From Actinomycetes bacterium (GTDB taxonomy: Bacteria > Actinomycetota > Acidimicrobiia > Acidimicrobiales > RAAP-2), in assembly GCA_021818025.1 (NCBI GenBank), contig JAKAFH010000002.1, forward strand, positions 15,878 through 79,877: a stretch of DNA of 64,000 nt, given 5' to 3'. Position 1 is the stretch's first letter; every line of letters begins with the position of its first letter. Positions 18,342 to 28,215 of this stretch are shown here, piece by piece. The notes under the pieces were generated by a model. The model saw only the letters and a program-made list of their open reading frames with translations. It searched no databases and was not told the DNA's origin. The position numbers were made by a program, and so were the translations under genes.

Positions 18342-20173
18342 CGTCGCCGACATCGACGCCGCCACGGCGACCCCGCAACCGGACACCATCGCACGCGGGG
18401 ACGAGCCGATCGCTCCGTCGGCTTCGGCTCTTCCGTTTTACGATGGCCACGCTCTTCGCCTTGCTGGCCGTGCGACTGTTCATGATCCAGATCGTTGATC
18501 ACGCGCACTACGCGCGGCTCTCGGTCGGTCAGGTCCGCGAGGACCTCGTCACATCGGCGCTGCGCGCCGGTATCTACGATCGCTACGGCCAGATTCTGGC
18601 CGTCTCCAGGCCGACGTCACTCGTGATTGCCGATGACTTCCAGATTGCGCATCCCGTCACCGAAGCCCAGGCGATGTCGCCCGTGGTCGATGTTCCCGTC
18701 GCCAAATTGACGCGTCTACTCTCGGAGCGGCACGGCTACGTGGTGATTAACAACCACCTCGGCCTGACGTCAGGTCGCCAGCTCGCCTCCATGAACTTTC
18801 CGGGCATCGTCGTGCAGGACTCCTCGGTGCGGTCCTACCCCAACGGTACCGAGGCGACCGCGCTCCTGGGTGGCGTGAACGCCTCGGGGGTCGGCTCGGC
18901 CGGGCTGGAGTACGAGTATCAAAAGGTCCTCGCGGGTCAGACTGGTATTACCCGCGCCTTCGTGTCGGCCTCGGGCGTCAATCTGCCGAGCACGCACACC
19001 ACCGTCATCAAGAAGGCCAAGCCGGGCGTCGGGCTCGAACTCACGATCGACTCATCGCTCCAGTTCGTCACCGAGCGTTCGCTCGCGCACGCGATCGCGT
19101 CCACAGATGCCGTCGCCGGCACCGCCATCGTGATGGACGTCCACACCGGTGAGATCCTGGCCAACGCGTCGCTGATGAACGTGCACGCCAAGCCTGGGGT
19201 CCTCGGTCACGTGCCGTCGTGGGGGGTCTCGGTCGGAGTCCCGGGCATACAGCAGACGATCAACGATTTGGCGTTCAGCTTCGCCTACGAGCCGGGTTCG
19301 GTCTTTAAGGCGGTGACGTTCTCGGCGGCCCTGCAGGCGGGCATCATCACGCCGACGACGGTCTTCTCCGTGCCCAACAGCATCATCGTCGGCGGGCGCG
19401 TCTTTCACGATGCGGAGACCCACGGCCTCGAGCACCTCACCGCAACCCAAATCCTCGCCCAGTCATCGAACATCGGCACGTACAAGATCACCGACCGCCT
19501 CGGCGAGGCCGGCTTGCTCAGTCAGGTCGAGCGGCTGGGCTTCGGACAGCTCACCTCGCTCAACTTCCCGGGCGAGACGCCCGGGCTGCTGGTGAACGCC
19601 AACAACTGGTATCCGAGCGACATGGCCGCCATGCCCATTGGCCAGGTGGACGCCGTGCCGCCGATCCAGGTGCTCGATGCCTACAACGCGATCGCGAACG
19701 GCGGCGTCTTCGTCGAGCCCAAACTCGTGCGTGGCTACGTCTTGGCCAACGGGGCGGTGAAGGCGGCGCCACCGAGCACGACGCGCCGGGTGATGACCTC
19801 CACCGTCTCGTCCACGCTCACCAAGATGCTCGAGCAGGTGGTGCTCGCGGGAACGGGGACCAACGCGATCATTCCCGGGTACCCGGTCGCGGGCAAGACG
19901 GGAACCGCGACGATTCCCTATCCCGGCAAGGACTTGCTGCTGTCGGGTCAATTCGACGCGACCTTCGTCGGCTTCGCGCCGGCCGACCACCCAGTACTGT
20001 CGATGATCGTGGTGGTCGAACGTCCGCTGACGACCGTGTACGGCGGCACTGCCGCGGCGCCGGTCTTTCAGCAGGTGATGTCATACGCCCTGCACCACTA
20101 CTCGATTCCGTCGTCGGGAATCACGGTCAAGCCCCTCAAAGGGCTGGCGTCGATCGCTTCGGACGTGACGTGA
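18338..20173 (+). CDS. ftsI: penicillin-binding protein (class B transpeptidase, FtsI/PBP3-like)
   Basis: 611 aa with SxxK (GSVFK), SxN (SSN) and KTG (KTGTA) motifs and an N-terminal TM anchor. Confidence 0.9.
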   Translation: MTSPTSTPPRRPRNRTPSHAGTSRSLRRLRLFRFTMATLFALLAVRLFMIQIVDHAHYARLSVGQVREDLVTSALRAGIYDRYGQILAVSRPTSLVIADDFQIAHPVTEAQAMSPVVDVPVAKLTRLLSERHGYVVINNHLGLTSGRQLASMNFPGIVVQDSSVRSYPNGTEATALLGGVNASGVGSAGLEYEYQKVLAGQTGITRAFVSASGVNLPSTHTTVIKKAKPGVGLELTIDSSLQFVTERSLAHAIASTDAVAGTAIVMDVHTGEILANASLMNVHAKPGVLGHVPSWGVSVGVPGIQQTINDLAFSFAYEPGSVFKAVTFSAALQAGIITPTTVFSVPNSIIVGGRVFHDAETHGLEHLTATQILAQSSNIGTYKITDRLGEAGLLSQVERLGFGQLTSLNFPGETPGLLVNANNWYPSDMAAMPIGQVDAVPPIQVLDAYNAIANGGVFVEPKLVRGYVLANGAVKAAPPSTTRRVMTSTVSSTLTKMLEQVVLAGTGTNAIIPGYPVAGKTGTATIPYPGKDLLLSGQFDATFVGFAPADHPVLSMIVVVERPLTTVYGGTAAAPVFQQVMSYALHHYSIPSSGITVKPLKGLASIASDVT

Positions 20174-21570
20174 TGCAGCTCGGTGACCTGTTCGACGACG
20201 CCCCGTTAGACATCGTCACGGCGAGCATTGAGGTCGACCGCGTCGAGATCGACTCGCGGGCGTGCGGGCCGGGGGTGCTCTTCCTCGCGGTGCCCGGCTC
20301 GCGCGAGGACGGCGCTCGCTACGTCGCCGACGCAGTGGCCCGCGGGGCGGTGGCCGTCATGGCCAGCGCGCCGATGGACGTCGGCGCGCCAGTGGTGGTC
20401 ATCCCGCCGTCGCAGGTGCGCGCCATGGTCGCTCACGTCAGCGCGGCCATCGTCGGACATCCCGATCGACGGGTGGCGTTGGTCGGCGTGACGGGAACCA
20501 ACGGCAAGACCACCGTCACCTCACTCGTCGCGCAACTCGTGCAGCGTCTTGGCTGGAACGGCGCGAACATCGGCACGCTCACCAACGTTCGGACCACGCC
20601 GGCAGCACCGGAGCTATTCCGGACGATCGACGCCATCGTGCGTGGGTTCGACCCCGCCGCCGCTCGATCCGTTCTAGCGCTCGAGGTGTCGAGCCACGCC
20701 CTCGACCAGGGGCGCGTCGACGGGCTGCAGTTCGCCGTGGCCGCGTTCACGAATCTGAGCCATGACCATCTCGACTACCACGGCTCGATGGAGGCCTACT
20801 ACCGTGCCAAGGCGCAGCTGTTCACGCCCGAGCGAGCGCGCCGGGCGGTCATCTGGGTCGACGATCCCTACGGAGCCCGGCTCGCCGATGAGTCAACGAT
20901 CGCGACGACTGCGGTGTCGATGGCGGACGTCTCGAGCGTCACGATGTCGCTCATTGGCACGACCTTCTTCTGGCGCGGTCACCTCGTTCGCTCGCCACTG
21001 GTCGGGGCGTACAACGTCGACAACGCCGTGATGGCACTGTCGATTGTGAGCGCCCTCGGTGCGGATGAATCCCTCGTCGCCGAGGCGCTCGCCGAAGTTC
21101 GAGCGGTGCCTGGTCGATTCGAGATCGTGCATAGCCACGACGTCGTGGCGATCGTGGACTACGCACACACGCCCGCGGGTCTGGACCATCTCCTGCGCGA
21201 CGTCCGGTCCCTCGCGCCTTCGGCGCGGATCATCACTGTCTTTGGCTGCGGCGGCGATCGCGACCACGACAAGCGCCCGGCCATGGGGGCCGCCGCGGCC
21301 ACGCTCTCGGATATCGTCTACGTGACCTCGGATAATCCTCGAACGGAGGATCCAGATGGCATCATTGATGCCATCATGGCGGGCGTCGAGAACCTATCGA
21401 ACGTCCACCGCGAGGTCGATCGACGTCGAGCCATCTCCTTGGCCCTGGGCGAGGCGCGCCCCGGGGACGTCGTGGTGGTCGCCGGCAAGGGCCACGAGAC
21501 CACGCAGTCGATCGGCGACGCCGTGTTGGAGTTCGATGACCGAGCGGTCATCCGGGAGCTGATGAAATGA
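20170..21570 (+). CDS. murE: UDP-N-acetylmuramoyl-L-alanyl-D-glutamate--2,6-diaminopimelate ligase
   Basis: GVTGTNGKTT P-loop, TNLSHDHLDYHG, and the DNPR motif (TSDNPRTEDP) specific for meso-DAP-adding MurE. Start at GTG 20170 or ATG 20173. Confidence 0.9.
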   Translation: MMQLGDLFDDAPLDIVTASIEVDRVEIDSRACGPGVLFLAVPGSREDGARYVADAVARGAVAVMASAPMDVGAPVVVIPPSQVRAMVAHVSAAIVGHPDRRVALVGVTGTNGKTTVTSLVAQLVQRLGWNGANIGTLTNVRTTPAAPELFRTIDAIVRGFDPAAARSVLALEVSSHALDQGRVDGLQFAVAAFTNLSHDHLDYHGSMEAYYRAKAQLFTPERARRAVIWVDDPYGARLADESTIATTAVSMADVSSVTMSLIGTTFFWRGHLVRSPLVGAYNVDNAVMALSIVSALGADESLVAEALAEVRAVPGRFEIVHSHDVVAIVDYAHTPAGLDHLLRDVRSLAPSARIITVFGCGGDRDHDKRPAMGAAAATLSDIVYVTSDNPRTEDPDGIIDAIMAGVENLSNVHREVDRRRAISLALGEARPGDVVVVAGKGHETTQSIGDAVLEFDDRAVIRELMK

Positions 21571-21577
21571 GTCGACG

Positions 21578-22612
21578 ATGCTGAGTTTGATGGAGTCGGG
21601 AGGCATCGGATTCCTGGTGTCGCTGCTCGCCACGCCGATATGGATTCGCTTCGTACGCCGGCGCTCGATGGGTCAGCACATCCGTTCCGACGGTCCGTCG
21701 TCGCACCAGGCCAAGGCCGGTACCCCGACTATGGGTGGCGTGATCATCGTGCTCGCGGGAGTCATCGGCTATCTCATGGGTCACGTAGGCACCGCCATCA
21801 ACTTCACGCGCGCCGGCGTGCTGGCGGTGCTCGTCACCGTGGCGTCGGGGATCGTCGGCTTCGCCGATGACTACCTGGCGATTCGCAACGCGCGCAACCT
21901 GGGACTCAACAAACGGGGCAAGTTGGCGGGCCAGCTGCTCATTGCGGCAGCCTTCGCCACGCTGGCGATCTATTGGGTCAAGACCTCGACGGACCTATCC
22001 TTCACGCGGTTCTCACTGCCGGGTTGGAACCTGTCGGTGGTGGGGTGGATCCTCCTCGCCGTCTTCGTGATCGTGGCGACCTCGAACGCTGTCAACTTGA
22101 CCGATGGCCTCGATGGCCTGGCTGGCGGGTCGGCCACGTTCGCCTTCGCCGTGCTATCGATCATCGGGTACTGGCAGTTCCGCCACTTCTCGATCTACCA
22201 CCTGCACAGCGCTCTGGACCTGGGGCTCGTCGCCGTCGGCTTCGTCGGGTCGTGTCTGGGCTTTCTCTGGTGGAACGCGGCGCCCGCGCGCATCATCATG
22301 GGCGATACCGGCTCGCTAGCGATTGGTACGGGGCTCGGGGCCCTGTGTCTTCTGATGAACCTCGACCTGCTGCTGGTGGTCCTCGGTGGGCTCTTCGTCG
22401 CCGAGACAGCGTCGGTGATTCTGCAGGTACTCAGTTTTCGACTCTTCGGGCGTCGGATCTTTCGCATGGCTCCGTTCCACCATCACTTCGAGTTGCTGGG
22501 CTGGCCCGAGACGACGGTGATCATCCGATTCTGGATCCTGTCGGGCCTCTGCTCGGCGCTCGCGCTGGGAATCTTTTACGGCGACTTCTTGAAGATCGCC
22601 AAGGTGGTCTGA
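21578..22612 (+). CDS. mraY: phospho-N-acetylmuramoyl-pentapeptide transferase
   Basis: 344 aa polytopic protein with KxGTPTMGG and NAVNLTDGLDGLA motifs. Confidence 0.9.
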   Translation: MLSLMESGGIGFLVSLLATPIWIRFVRRRSMGQHIRSDGPSSHQAKAGTPTMGGVIIVLAGVIGYLMGHVGTAINFTRAGVLAVLVTVASGIVGFADDYLAIRNARNLGLNKRGKLAGQLLIAAAFATLAIYWVKTSTDLSFTRFSLPGWNLSVVGWILLAVFVIVATSNAVNLTDGLDGLAGGSATFAFAVLSIIGYWQFRHFSIYHLHSALDLGLVAVGFVGSCLGFLWWNAAPARIIMGDTGSLAIGTGLGALCLLMNLDLLLVVLGGLFVAETASVILQVLSFRLFGRRIFRMAPFHHHFELLGWPETTVIIRFWILSGLCSALALGIFYGDFLKIAKVV

Positions 22613-23853
22613 TGGCTGAGGGGCGATCGGGCCGACTGCTCCACGCGTGGCCGCGGGGCAACGCCGCCGCCCGGTCGCTGCTGGTCGTCACCATGATCAT
22701 GGTTGCCTACGGCACCGTCGCCGTCGCTTCGGCGAGCGAGGGTCAGGCGACGGCCAATGGTGGCTCGAGCTGGAGCATCGCCATCCACGACGTCGTCTAT
22801 TTGGGCTTCGGACTCCTGGCGCTCTACCTCGGCGCCCGGGTCCATCTGGGGTATCTGTTGCGCCGCGCGCCGCTGGCGATGATCGGCGGCATTGGCTTGC
22901 TGCTCGCCGTGAAGGCGATCGGTGTCAGTGCAAATGGCGGCAAGCGATGGTTGAACCTGCACGTCATCTATCTCCAACCGTCCGAGCTCTTCAAGCTCGT
23001 CACGATCCTCTACGTGGCGTGGTTGATCCAGTACCACCATGAGGAACTGGGGGAGTGGCGGCGCCTGGCGCTCTGGACGTCGCCGGTATTGGCGGGCGTT
23101 GGCCTGATCATTCTCGAACCCGACATCGGGACGTCCTCGGTCGTCGTGGCCATCGCGATGGTGGTGCTCGCGATCGCCGGTCTGAGCCGCCAACTCCTGA
23201 CGCGCATAGCGGGACTTGGGGTGCTCGCCTTTGGCGCCTTCATGTTGCTCAAGCCGTACTCGTCACGGCGATTCTTTTCGTTCCTGCACCCCAACCAGGA
23301 CCTGCAGGGCAGCGGCTACCAGCTGCTCCAGTCCAAGATCGGCCTCGGCGCGGGCGGACTCACGGGCCTGGGTCTTGGACACAGCCGTGAGAAGTGGGGC
23401 CTCTTGCCAAACCCCCACACCGACTTCATCTTCACGATCATCGGCGAGGAACTGGGCTTGATTGGCACGTTCGCAGTGATCGGTCTGTTCGTGTGGTTCC
23501 TCTTTGCCGCCACGCGCATCGCGATGAACTGCCAGAACGCCGTCTATCGACTGCTGGCCGTGGGGATGGTTACCTGGATCGTGCTGGAGGCGGTGATCAA
23601 CATCGCCTCGGTCGTGGGTGGCTGGGCGGTCACCGGCATCCCGCTCCCGTTCTTCTCCTACGGCGGCACCGCTCTGATCACCGAGCTCTTCGGTGTCGGG
23701 GTGCTCTACAACATCGGCCACGATTCGAGCCGCCTCGGCGGACTCGAGATCCCCGACCACGTCGGCGTGCCCCGTCGCGTCGCACCGCGCGCGACGACGG
23801 CACCACCGCGCTACGGTTCGGAGCCGCGTGACCGGGTCCGACGGTACGACTGA
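22612..23853 (+). CDS. ftsW: peptidoglycan glycosyltransferase FtsW (SEDS family)
   Basis: ATG 22612 overlaps the mraY stop (TGATG). SEDS blocks are present: LQPSELFK, PDIGT, HTDFIF, GIPLPFFSYGGT. The 21973 track ORF upstream part is out-of-frame overlap with mraY. Confidence 0.85.
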   Translation: MAEGRSGRLLHAWPRGNAAARSLLVVTMIMVAYGTVAVASASEGQATANGGSSWSIAIHDVVYLGFGLLALYLGARVHLGYLLRRAPLAMIGGIGLLLAVKAIGVSANGGKRWLNLHVIYLQPSELFKLVTILYVAWLIQYHHEELGEWRRLALWTSPVLAGVGLIILEPDIGTSSVVVAIAMVVLAIAGLSRQLLTRIAGLGVLAFGAFMLLKPYSSRRFFSFLHPNQDLQGSGYQLLQSKIGLGAGGLTGLGLGHSREKWGLLPNPHTDFIFTIIGEELGLIGTFAVIGLFVWFLFAATRIAMNCQNAVYRLLAVGMVTWIVLEAVINIASVVGGWAVTGIPLPFFSYGGTALITELFGVGVLYNIGHDSSRLGGLEIPDHVGVPRRVAPRATTAPPRYGSEPRDRVRRYD

Positions 23854-24974
23854 TGGTGCGACCCATCGTCGTGACCGGGGGCGGTACCGGTGGACACATC
23901 TTCCCGATGCGGGCGATCGGCGAGGAACTGGTGGCCGCGGGCGTGCCGGCGACGGCCATCCACTACGTGGGCAGCCGTCGCGGCCAGGAGGCCGCGCTCC
24001 TGGCCGACCAGCCGATCGATCTGACACTCTTGCCGGGGCGGGGGATCCGCCGGTCGTGGCGGGCCCGGGCCGTCGTCCAGAATCTTGGCGCGATCGTCGG
24101 CCTCGCGATCGCCTTCGCGGTCGCCTTCGTGCGCGTGGGCCGCTGGCGCCCGTCGGTGGTGGTGTCCGTCGGCGGCTACGCGGCGGCCGCGGTGGGGGCG
24201 GCGGCGGTGCTCTGGCGCCGACCGCTGGTACTCGTCGAACTTGACGCGACACCCGGCGCAGTTCATCGCGTCCTCGCGCGCTTCGCCCGACGGCGATGCC
24301 TGGCCTACGGCCCGGCGGACGATTCGAGCGTCGTGACCGGCGTCCCCCTCGGGCGTGACGTTCTCGCGGTGGACCGGGGCCGCGAGGCGCGCCAACGGTC
24401 CCGGCGGGCCATGGAGCCACCGATCGACGCCGGACGCGCGGTGGTGGTGGTGATGTCAGGCTCGCTCGGTGCGACCCGGGTCAACGACGCGGTGAGTGAC
24501 CTCGCCGAGCGATGGTCGTCGCGCACGGACCGGGCACTCATTCACGTCAGCGGCCGGCGCGACGCTTCTCGAGTCCTCGCGCGCCGACCTCGGACTGACG
24601 GGCTTGACTATCGCATCATCGACTTCGCGACGATGGCGCCGCTGTGGTCGGTCGCGGACGTGGCCGTCTGCCGAGCGGGCGCGACGACGGTGGCCGAGCT
24701 GACGGCGCTCGGCATTCCCTCGGTGCTGGTGCCCCTGCCGGGCGCGCCCGGTGATCACCAGACCCGCAACGCCCGCGCCGTCGCGGATGCGGGCGGCGCG
24801 GTGCTGCTCGCCGACGAGGACTGTGACGGGGCCTCGCTCGAGGCTGCGCTCGATCGACTGCTCGCGCCCGAGGGGCTCGAAGCCGCGACCAGCGCCGCTC
24901 GAGGTTTGGGCCACCGGGACGCCGCCGCGGCGATCACTCGCGTGGTGCTCGACGTCGGGGGTCAGGCAGCGTGA
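23853..24974 (+). CDS. murG: UDP-N-acetylglucosamine--N-acetylmuramyl-(pentapeptide) pyrophosphoryl-undecaprenol GlcNAc transferase
   Basis: N-terminal GGGTGGHIFP and C-terminal CRAGATTVAEL motifs. TGATG junction with ftsW. Confidence 0.9.
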   Translation: MVRPIVVTGGGTGGHIFPMRAIGEELVAAGVPATAIHYVGSRRGQEAALLADQPIDLTLLPGRGIRRSWRARAVVQNLGAIVGLAIAFAVAFVRVGRWRPSVVVSVGGYAAAAVGAAAVLWRRPLVLVELDATPGAVHRVLARFARRRCLAYGPADDSSVVTGVPLGRDVLAVDRGREARQRSRRAMEPPIDAGRAVVVVMSGSLGATRVNDAVSDLAERWSSRTDRALIHVSGRRDASRVLARRPRTDGLDYRIIDFATMAPLWSVADVAVCRAGATTVAELTALGIPSVLVPLPGAPGDHQTRNARAVADAGGAVLLADEDCDGASLEAALDRLLAPEGLEAATSAARGLGHRDAAAAITRVVLDVGGQAA

Positions 24975-26329
24975 TCTTCGAACGCGGGACCCGGGTGCAC
25001 ATCATCGGTGTGGGCGGAGCGGGCATGAGCGGGCTCGCTCGGCTGCTCGCGATGCGGGGCTGTGTCGTCACTGGCTCGGACGCTCGTGCGTCGGGAGTCC
25101 TCGACGAGCTTCGCGCCGAGGGCATCGCGGTGCACGTCGGTCACGACCGTGACGTCGCCGCCGATGCCCAGGTGGTGCTCTGGTCACCCGCGGTCCCCGA
25201 GGACGACGTGGAGCTCGTCGCGGCTCGAGAACGCGGGGCTACGCTCGTCGCGCGCTCGAGGGTTCTCGCCGAGCTCGCCCGGATGCGACCGGTGGTGGGA
25301 CTCACGGGCACCCACGGCAAGACCACGGCAACCTCGATGCTGGTCCACGTGTTCCGCGCGGCCGGGGTGGACGCGTCTCGGCTCCTCGGCGCCGCGGTCA
25401 AGGGCATCGGGGCGAACGGTCACTGGGGTGACGAGCCGCTCGTGCTGGAGGTTGACGAGAGCTACGGGACCTTTCGCGAACTGGTGCCGTCGTCGCTCGG
25501 CCTCTTGAATGTCGAACCCGACCACCTCGACTACTACGGCGATCGGGACACGCTCGACGCCGCCTTCACCGACCTGGTCGAACGCACGATTGGTCCGGTC
25601 GCGGTGTGGGTGGACGACCCCGGCAATCGCCGCGTGATGGCCCGCGTCGCCCGCCCGCTCGTCACCGTCGGGCGACGAGCGGGTGACTGGGTCGTGACCG
25701 ACGAGAGCGTGTCAGGACGCACGTCGCACTTCGCGCTCACCGGAGTCGACGGCCAGCACCTGGCGGTCGACCTCGCGGTGACGGGCGCGCACAACGTCGC
25801 GAACGCGGCGGTGGTGGCGGTGCTGGCGCTCAGCGTCGGGATCGCGGCCGAGCACGTGATCGCGGGACTCGGCGCCTTCGTCGGAGCACCGCGGCGCTTT
25901 GAATTCCGCGGCCGCTGGCGCGGGTCCGACGTCTACGAGGACTACGCCCACCTGCCCGGCGAGGTGGGCGCGACCTTGGCGGCGGCGCGCGCCGCGGGCT
26001 ACGACCGGATCGCCGCCGTCTTCCAGCCGCATCGCGTGACCCGAACGATCGCCCTGGCCGAGGACTTCGCCACCTCGTTCGACGCGGCCCAGCGCGTGAT
26101 CGTGACCAACATCTACGGGGCCGGCGAGGCGAACCCGACCGGCGCGACGGGCGAGCTCGTCTCGAGCGCGATCGGCCGAGTCTTTGGCGGGCGCGTCGAC
26201 TACGCGGCGACCTTCGACGAGGTGGTCGCGTTGCTCGAAGCGGACGCGGGGTTCGACGCGATCTTGTTCCTTGGGGCCGGCGACGTCGCCGACGTGATCG
26301 GCCTGCTGCCCGGCGGCCTGGAGCCGTGA
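24971..26329 (+). CDS. murC: UDP-N-acetylmuramate--L-alanine ligase
   Basis: IIGVGGAGMSGLARLL (MurC-type Rossmann motif) and GLTGTHGKTT P-loop; 452 aa. Confidence 0.9.
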   Translation: MIFERGTRVHIIGVGGAGMSGLARLLAMRGCVVTGSDARASGVLDELRAEGIAVHVGHDRDVAADAQVVLWSPAVPEDDVELVAARERGATLVARSRVLAELARMRPVVGLTGTHGKTTATSMLVHVFRAAGVDASRLLGAAVKGIGANGHWGDEPLVLEVDESYGTFRELVPSSLGLLNVEPDHLDYYGDRDTLDAAFTDLVERTIGPVAVWVDDPGNRRVMARVARPLVTVGRRAGDWVVTDESVSGRTSHFALTGVDGQHLAVDLAVTGAHNVANAAVVAVLALSVGIAAEHVIAGLGAFVGAPRRFEFRGRWRGSDVYEDYAHLPGEVGATLAAARAAGYDRIAAVFQPHRVTRTIALAEDFATSFDAAQRVIVTNIYGAGEANPTGATGELVSSAIGRVFGGRVDYAATFDEVVALLEADAGFDAILFLGAGDVADVIGLLPGGLEP

Positions 26330-27234
26330 GTCTCGACCAGCTCATCGCCACGGGGGGAGCGCGCGTACTCGAGCACGCGCCGATCGGACCGCTCACGACC
26401 TATCGCGTGGGTGGAGCCGTGCGAGCCCTCGTGACGATCTCGTCACGCGATGACGCCCTGGCGTTGCTGCCCCTCGTCGAGTCGACGGCACTGGCCGTCG
26501 TGGTGATCGGCAACGGCTCGAACCTGCTCGTCGCCGACGGTGAACACCGGGCCGTGGCGGTGCGCCTCGCCGGTGAGTTCGAGAGCCTCACGTGGCGAGA
26601 CCAGGGTGATGCAGTCTCGGTCGCGGCCGGTGGTGCTCTTGGCCTGCCCGTGATGGCCCGGCGCCTGGTCACCGAGGGTATCGTCGGGTTCGAGTGGGCC
26701 GTCGGCGTGCCCGGGACTGTCGGCGGCGCGGTGGCGATGAACGCCGGCGGGCACGGCTCGGACATGGACGCCTGCGTCAACGCCGTCGAACTGTGGCACG
26801 ACGGGGCGATCACGACGTGGGACCACGACCGCCTCGCCTTCGGCTACCGAACGAGCGCGGTCGCCGCCGGTGACGTGGTGCTCGGCGCGACGGTGCGCCT
26901 CGCGCGAGGCGACCGGGCCGCGGGTCAGGCGCGACTCAGCGAGATCGTGCGCTGGCGGCGTGCGCATCAGCCGGGCGGCGCCAACGCCGGCAGCGTCTTT
27001 CGCAATCCCGCTAGCGACCACGCGGGCCGGCTGATCGAGGCGGCGGGCTGCAAGGGCCTGCGGGTGGGTAGTGCGGTCGTGAGCGACAAGCACGCAAACT
27101 TCATCATCGCCGACACGCACGGCTCGGCGAACGACGTTCGCCAGCTGATCGATGTCGTGCGCGCCCGCGTCGCCGACGAGACAGGGATCACCCTCGTCAC
27201 CGAGAACCGATTCTTCGGCTTCGAGGAGCGTTGA
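26326..27234 (+). CDS. murB: UDP-N-acetylenolpyruvoylglucosamine reductase
   Basis: 302 aa. FAD-binding domain pattern (TTYRVGG, IGNGSNLLV) and C-terminal GSVFRNP..AGxLIE motifs. Confidence 0.85.
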   Translation: MSLDQLIATGGARVLEHAPIGPLTTYRVGGAVRALVTISSRDDALALLPLVESTALAVVVIGNGSNLLVADGEHRAVAVRLAGEFESLTWRDQGDAVSVAAGGALGLPVMARRLVTEGIVGFEWAVGVPGTVGGAVAMNAGGHGSDMDACVNAVELWHDGAITTWDHDRLAFGYRTSAVAAGDVVLGATVRLARGDRAAGQARLSEIVRWRRAHQPGGANAGSVFRNPASDHAGRLIEAAGCKGLRVGSAVVSDKHANFIIADTHGSANDVRQLIDVVRARVADETGITLVTENRFFGFEER

Positions 27235-28100
27235 TGGGCCGACGCAAGCCGCTCGCTGCCCCGACGGGTCCGCCGGGGCGTGCGGCGTCGTCCAAGCGTT
27301 CGCGAGCGCGCGCGAAAAAGACGCCCAAGCCAGCGCGAGGGCGCCGCAAGACGCGCGAGGACGAGTCGGGCGCCGCTATCGCGCCACGCCGACGCCGAAC
27401 CTGGCTGCGTTGGTGGCTGGCGGCGATCCTCGTACTCGCCACGATCGGCGCCGGTGTGGACTGGTTGGTGCACAGCTCGCTGTTCCGAGTTCGCCACGTG
27501 GAGGTGCTTGGGCTGCGCCACGAGGGTCGCGGCGCCGTGCTGGCGGCCGCCGGGCTGTCAACCCAGACACCGCTGATCGACGTGAGCACGGCCTCGGTGG
27601 CTCAACGCCTGTCGGTCTTCCCGTGGATCGGCACCGTCGTCGTGACCAAGCGCTGGCCGAGCACGGTCGAGATCGTCGTGCACGAGCGCAAGCCCGTGGC
27701 CGTGGCCTTTAACGCCAATCACACCCTCCAGTACGTCGACGCGACGGGCCACGACCTTGGTCCGGCGCCGCTCACGGCGAACCTGCCGACCCTGCAGTAC
27801 GTGCACCCGCTCCAGCGCAGCTGGCCGTTCCTGCGCGCAGGATTCAACGCGGCGCTGGTCGCCGGCCGGCTGCCGCCCGCCTTCGCCGCGCAGGTCTCGG
27901 TGATCACGGTCAACGCGAGTGGATCGGTTTCGCTGAAGATGACCACGCCGGTCACGTTCATCCTTGGTCCGCCGACCGACCTCACCGACAAGTTCGTCTC
28001 GATCGCCTCGGTGATCGCGCACACCCAGTTGAGCCCGGGTGACGTCGTGGACGTGCGTGTGCCGGGCGAACTCGCGGTTTCTGGACCGTCGGCAGGGTAG
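27234..28100 (+). CDS. ftsQ: cell division protein FtsQ (POTRA domain)
   Basis: Basic N-terminal tail, single TM (WWLAAILVLATIGAGV), POTRA-like FRVRHVEVLG. ATG 27234 forms TGATG with the murB stop; TTG 27231 is an alternative. Confidence 0.8.
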   Translation: MGRRKPLAAPTGPPGRAASSKRSRARAKKTPKPARGRRKTREDESGAAIAPRRRRTWLRWWLAAILVLATIGAGVDWLVHSSLFRVRHVEVLGLRHEGRGAVLAAAGLSTQTPLIDVSTASVAQRLSVFPWIGTVVVTKRWPSTVEIVVHERKPVAVAFNANHTLQYVDATGHDLGPAPLTANLPTLQYVHPLQRSWPFLRAGFNAALVAGRLPPAFAAQVSVITVNASGSVSLKMTTPVTFILGPPTDLTDKFVSIASVIAHTQLSPGDVVDVRVPGELAVSGPSAG

Positions 28101-28215
28101 TTTGGTTCTTGACCGAAATGGAGCCACTGACTAGCCTGCAAGACATTTGGTCGTGCACGCGCGCGACACCCAGCGCGGTGGGTCACAATAGGGAGAGTCG
28201 CCCGAAGGGGGTTTC

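Noticed and set aside
21973-22611. 5' extension making a 626-aa 'FtsW' ORF
   Set aside because: This part overlaps mraY out of frame and is Arg/Pro-rich. FtsW similarity begins only at ATG 22612, which forms a TGATG junction with mraY.
23263-24420. 385-aa ORF antisense to ftsW/murG
   Set aside because: The composition is extremely Arg/Pro-rich (runs of RRRP and PPPP). It overlaps two motif-confirmed genes and is a GC-bias artefact.
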